From a virus (Duplodnaviria > Caudoviricetes): 64,000 nt of DNA. Below are positions 62,454-64,000 of the stretch, piece after piece. Made by a program: the position numbers and the translations under genes. The first letter of the stretch is position 1; each line of letters starts with the position of its first letter. The stretch is taken from IMG/VR virus record IMGVR_UViG_2974647559_000001, positions 20,609 through 84,608 of that record; one strand, written 5' to 3'. The notes below the pieces were generated by a model that was given only the letters and a program-made list of their open reading frames with translations, was not told the DNA's origin and did not search any database.

Positions 62454-63963
62454 ATGTCAATTCATGTAGATATTCAAAACGCGATGGTTACTGCTGCTGG
62501 TGTTGCATTACCAACTGGTTCTAGCTTAGTGGTCTATAGTGGAACTGCCCCTGCTAACGTAAATGCTGCTTTATCTGGTAACAACGTACTGGCTACGTTT
62601 ACAACTGCTGGTTGGGGTGCAGCTTCTGCTGGCTCAATCACTGCATCAGCTATCACTGGCGTTACTGCCACTGGTACTGGCGCTGCAACATTTGTTCGTT
62701 GTTTAGTTGGCGCTGTAGCCAAGTACCAAGCTCAAGTAGGTGGCGCAGTTGTCATTGACAATGCCAATATTGACACAGGTGGTACTGTCAACGTGACAGG
62801 GTGGACTCTGACACAACCTGCTGCGTAATCTGTATACACCCCGCCTTGAAATATAGGCGGGTATTTTAGTACTAAGAAGGAAGTAATATGTTCTGGCCGC
62901 AAGTTAAAGACCCTGACGTTGTAGATCGTTATGGTTTCGATATGGACACAGATTGGTTAGATGGTGAGACAATAACAAATGTCACATTTACCGCATCTGT
63001 GGATTCAGGTTTAACAATAGACAATATCAGTTACGTAGAATCTCCCAGAATTAGTGCTCAGTTCTCTGGTGGTAATGATGGGTTTTGGCCTATTAAAATT
63101 AGAATAGAAACCGCCACTAGGCAGTATGAGGAATGTACTACACTTTGGGTAAAACAAGGCTGCTGACATGACTATTGCAACAGATTTATACTTAGGTCAA
63201 GTGATTGACATCCAATCCAAAGAAATTAGAACAGCAGAATCAATCCTAAAGAAAGGTGATTGGTTCTTTACTCAACTTGGTAACTATACTTCTGTTGCAC
63301 CCCTGTCTATATCAAATGGTGTGACATCTAAGATAGCATTCCAACCAGAAGATATTACCTATACAAATGGTAATGGATTCACCACACAATATGACTTCGT
63401 AAACCAGAAGTTTATGCCAACCACACTAAATGATTTATTCACAGCAGAAGTAAGATTTAAGTTCAAATGTTCTGCACAAGACGGTCATTTTGATGTTAAG
63501 TTGGAAAGCCCTGATTTTGATTTCAATCCTGTGAGTGGTTTAAGTGTGTCCTCCACTAAATCAGCAGGAGTTGAGCAATTCGCTTCAATACCTTTTACAT
63601 TCTTTATTGGTCAAGATTTGATTGATAATGGGTTAGAGTTTAAAATTACTCCATTCAATACCAATATACAAGTGTACGATATTAGTTATCTTGTTGTGAG
63701 ATTATGCAGCGGAAGGTGATATGGCAGAACAAACTGTTGTAGAGGTATACCGCACACAGGAAGATAAGGCTAATTATGATTTTGTTTCCTGTGTAACAAT
63801 TAGCTACTTTGATGATATAGCTTTCATACAAGGGTTATCTGGAACATTTACTACTAAATGTTATAAAGAAATTGTAGATTACCTAGAAAGGAAGGGTATG
63901 AAGCAGATACAATATTTCAGGAAAGGTAGGTTAAAGGTAATTTGGTTGGATAGTAAGTTGTAA
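62454..63963 (+). other. Small virion/collar-type genes 62454-62828, 62888-63166, 63168-63719 and hypothetical 63721-63963
   Basis: LVVYSGTAPA..ATGTGAATFVR; KDPDVVDRYGFD..WL patterns. Confidence 0.55.
62840..62867 (+). terminator. Intrinsic terminator
   Basis: CCCGCCT-8-AGGCGGG-TATTTT. Confidence 0.7.
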
Positions 63964-63967
63964 AGAA

Positions 63968-63997
63968 AAGGCTCCCTAATGGGAGCCTTATTTGTTT
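63968..63997 (+). terminator. Intrinsic terminator ending the late region
   Basis: AAGGCTCCC-TAAT-GGGAGCCTT-ATTTGTTT. Confidence 0.8.
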
Positions 63998-64000
63998 GTG

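Noticed and set aside
1-64000. Alternative genetic code, retron/DGR, integrase or Cas genes
   Set aside because: Long genes read through under the standard code, and no reverse transcriptase, recombinase or Cas motifs were seen.

Overview
The window is about 64 kb of an AT-rich, apparently lytic myovirus genome. The host is probably a gammaproteobacterium, inferred from sigma70 promoters, Dam, Rz/Rz1 spanins and a CsrA-type hairpin. Layout: (1) 1-5.3 kb, leftward NAD/ADP-ribose operon (NAMPT-like, PRS-like, macrodomain) plus a compact PolA/T7-RNAP-fold protein. (2) 5.4-12.5 kb, rightward early genes with strong promoters, including an NTGxx pentapeptide-repeat protein and a duplicated 47-aa membrane peptide. 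(3) 12.5-13.8 kb, a long non-coding, repeat-rich region next to a RepL-like gene. (4) 14.3-26.4 kb, a long leftward operon with an RlaP-like nucleotidyltransferase, Pth2-like protein, CCA enzyme, stand-alone LigA Ia domain, metallophosphoesterase, Dam, ClpP-like and PhoH. (5) 26.4-30.7 kb, a Cro-like gene, five operator/iteron repeats, a mini RHH gene, an initiator-like wHTH and an HNH-type endonuclease. (6) 30.8-57 kb, packaging, head and contractile-tail genes; the large terminase is split at its Walker A motif by a 236-nt group I intron and is preceded by candidate structured RNAs. (7) 57-64 kb, lysis cassette and accessory virion genes. A fixed-length (~104 bp) imperfectly palindromic element occurs in five clear copies. 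No tRNA, rRNA or CRISPR array was found. All protein calls come from motif recognition by eye; no database searches were run.
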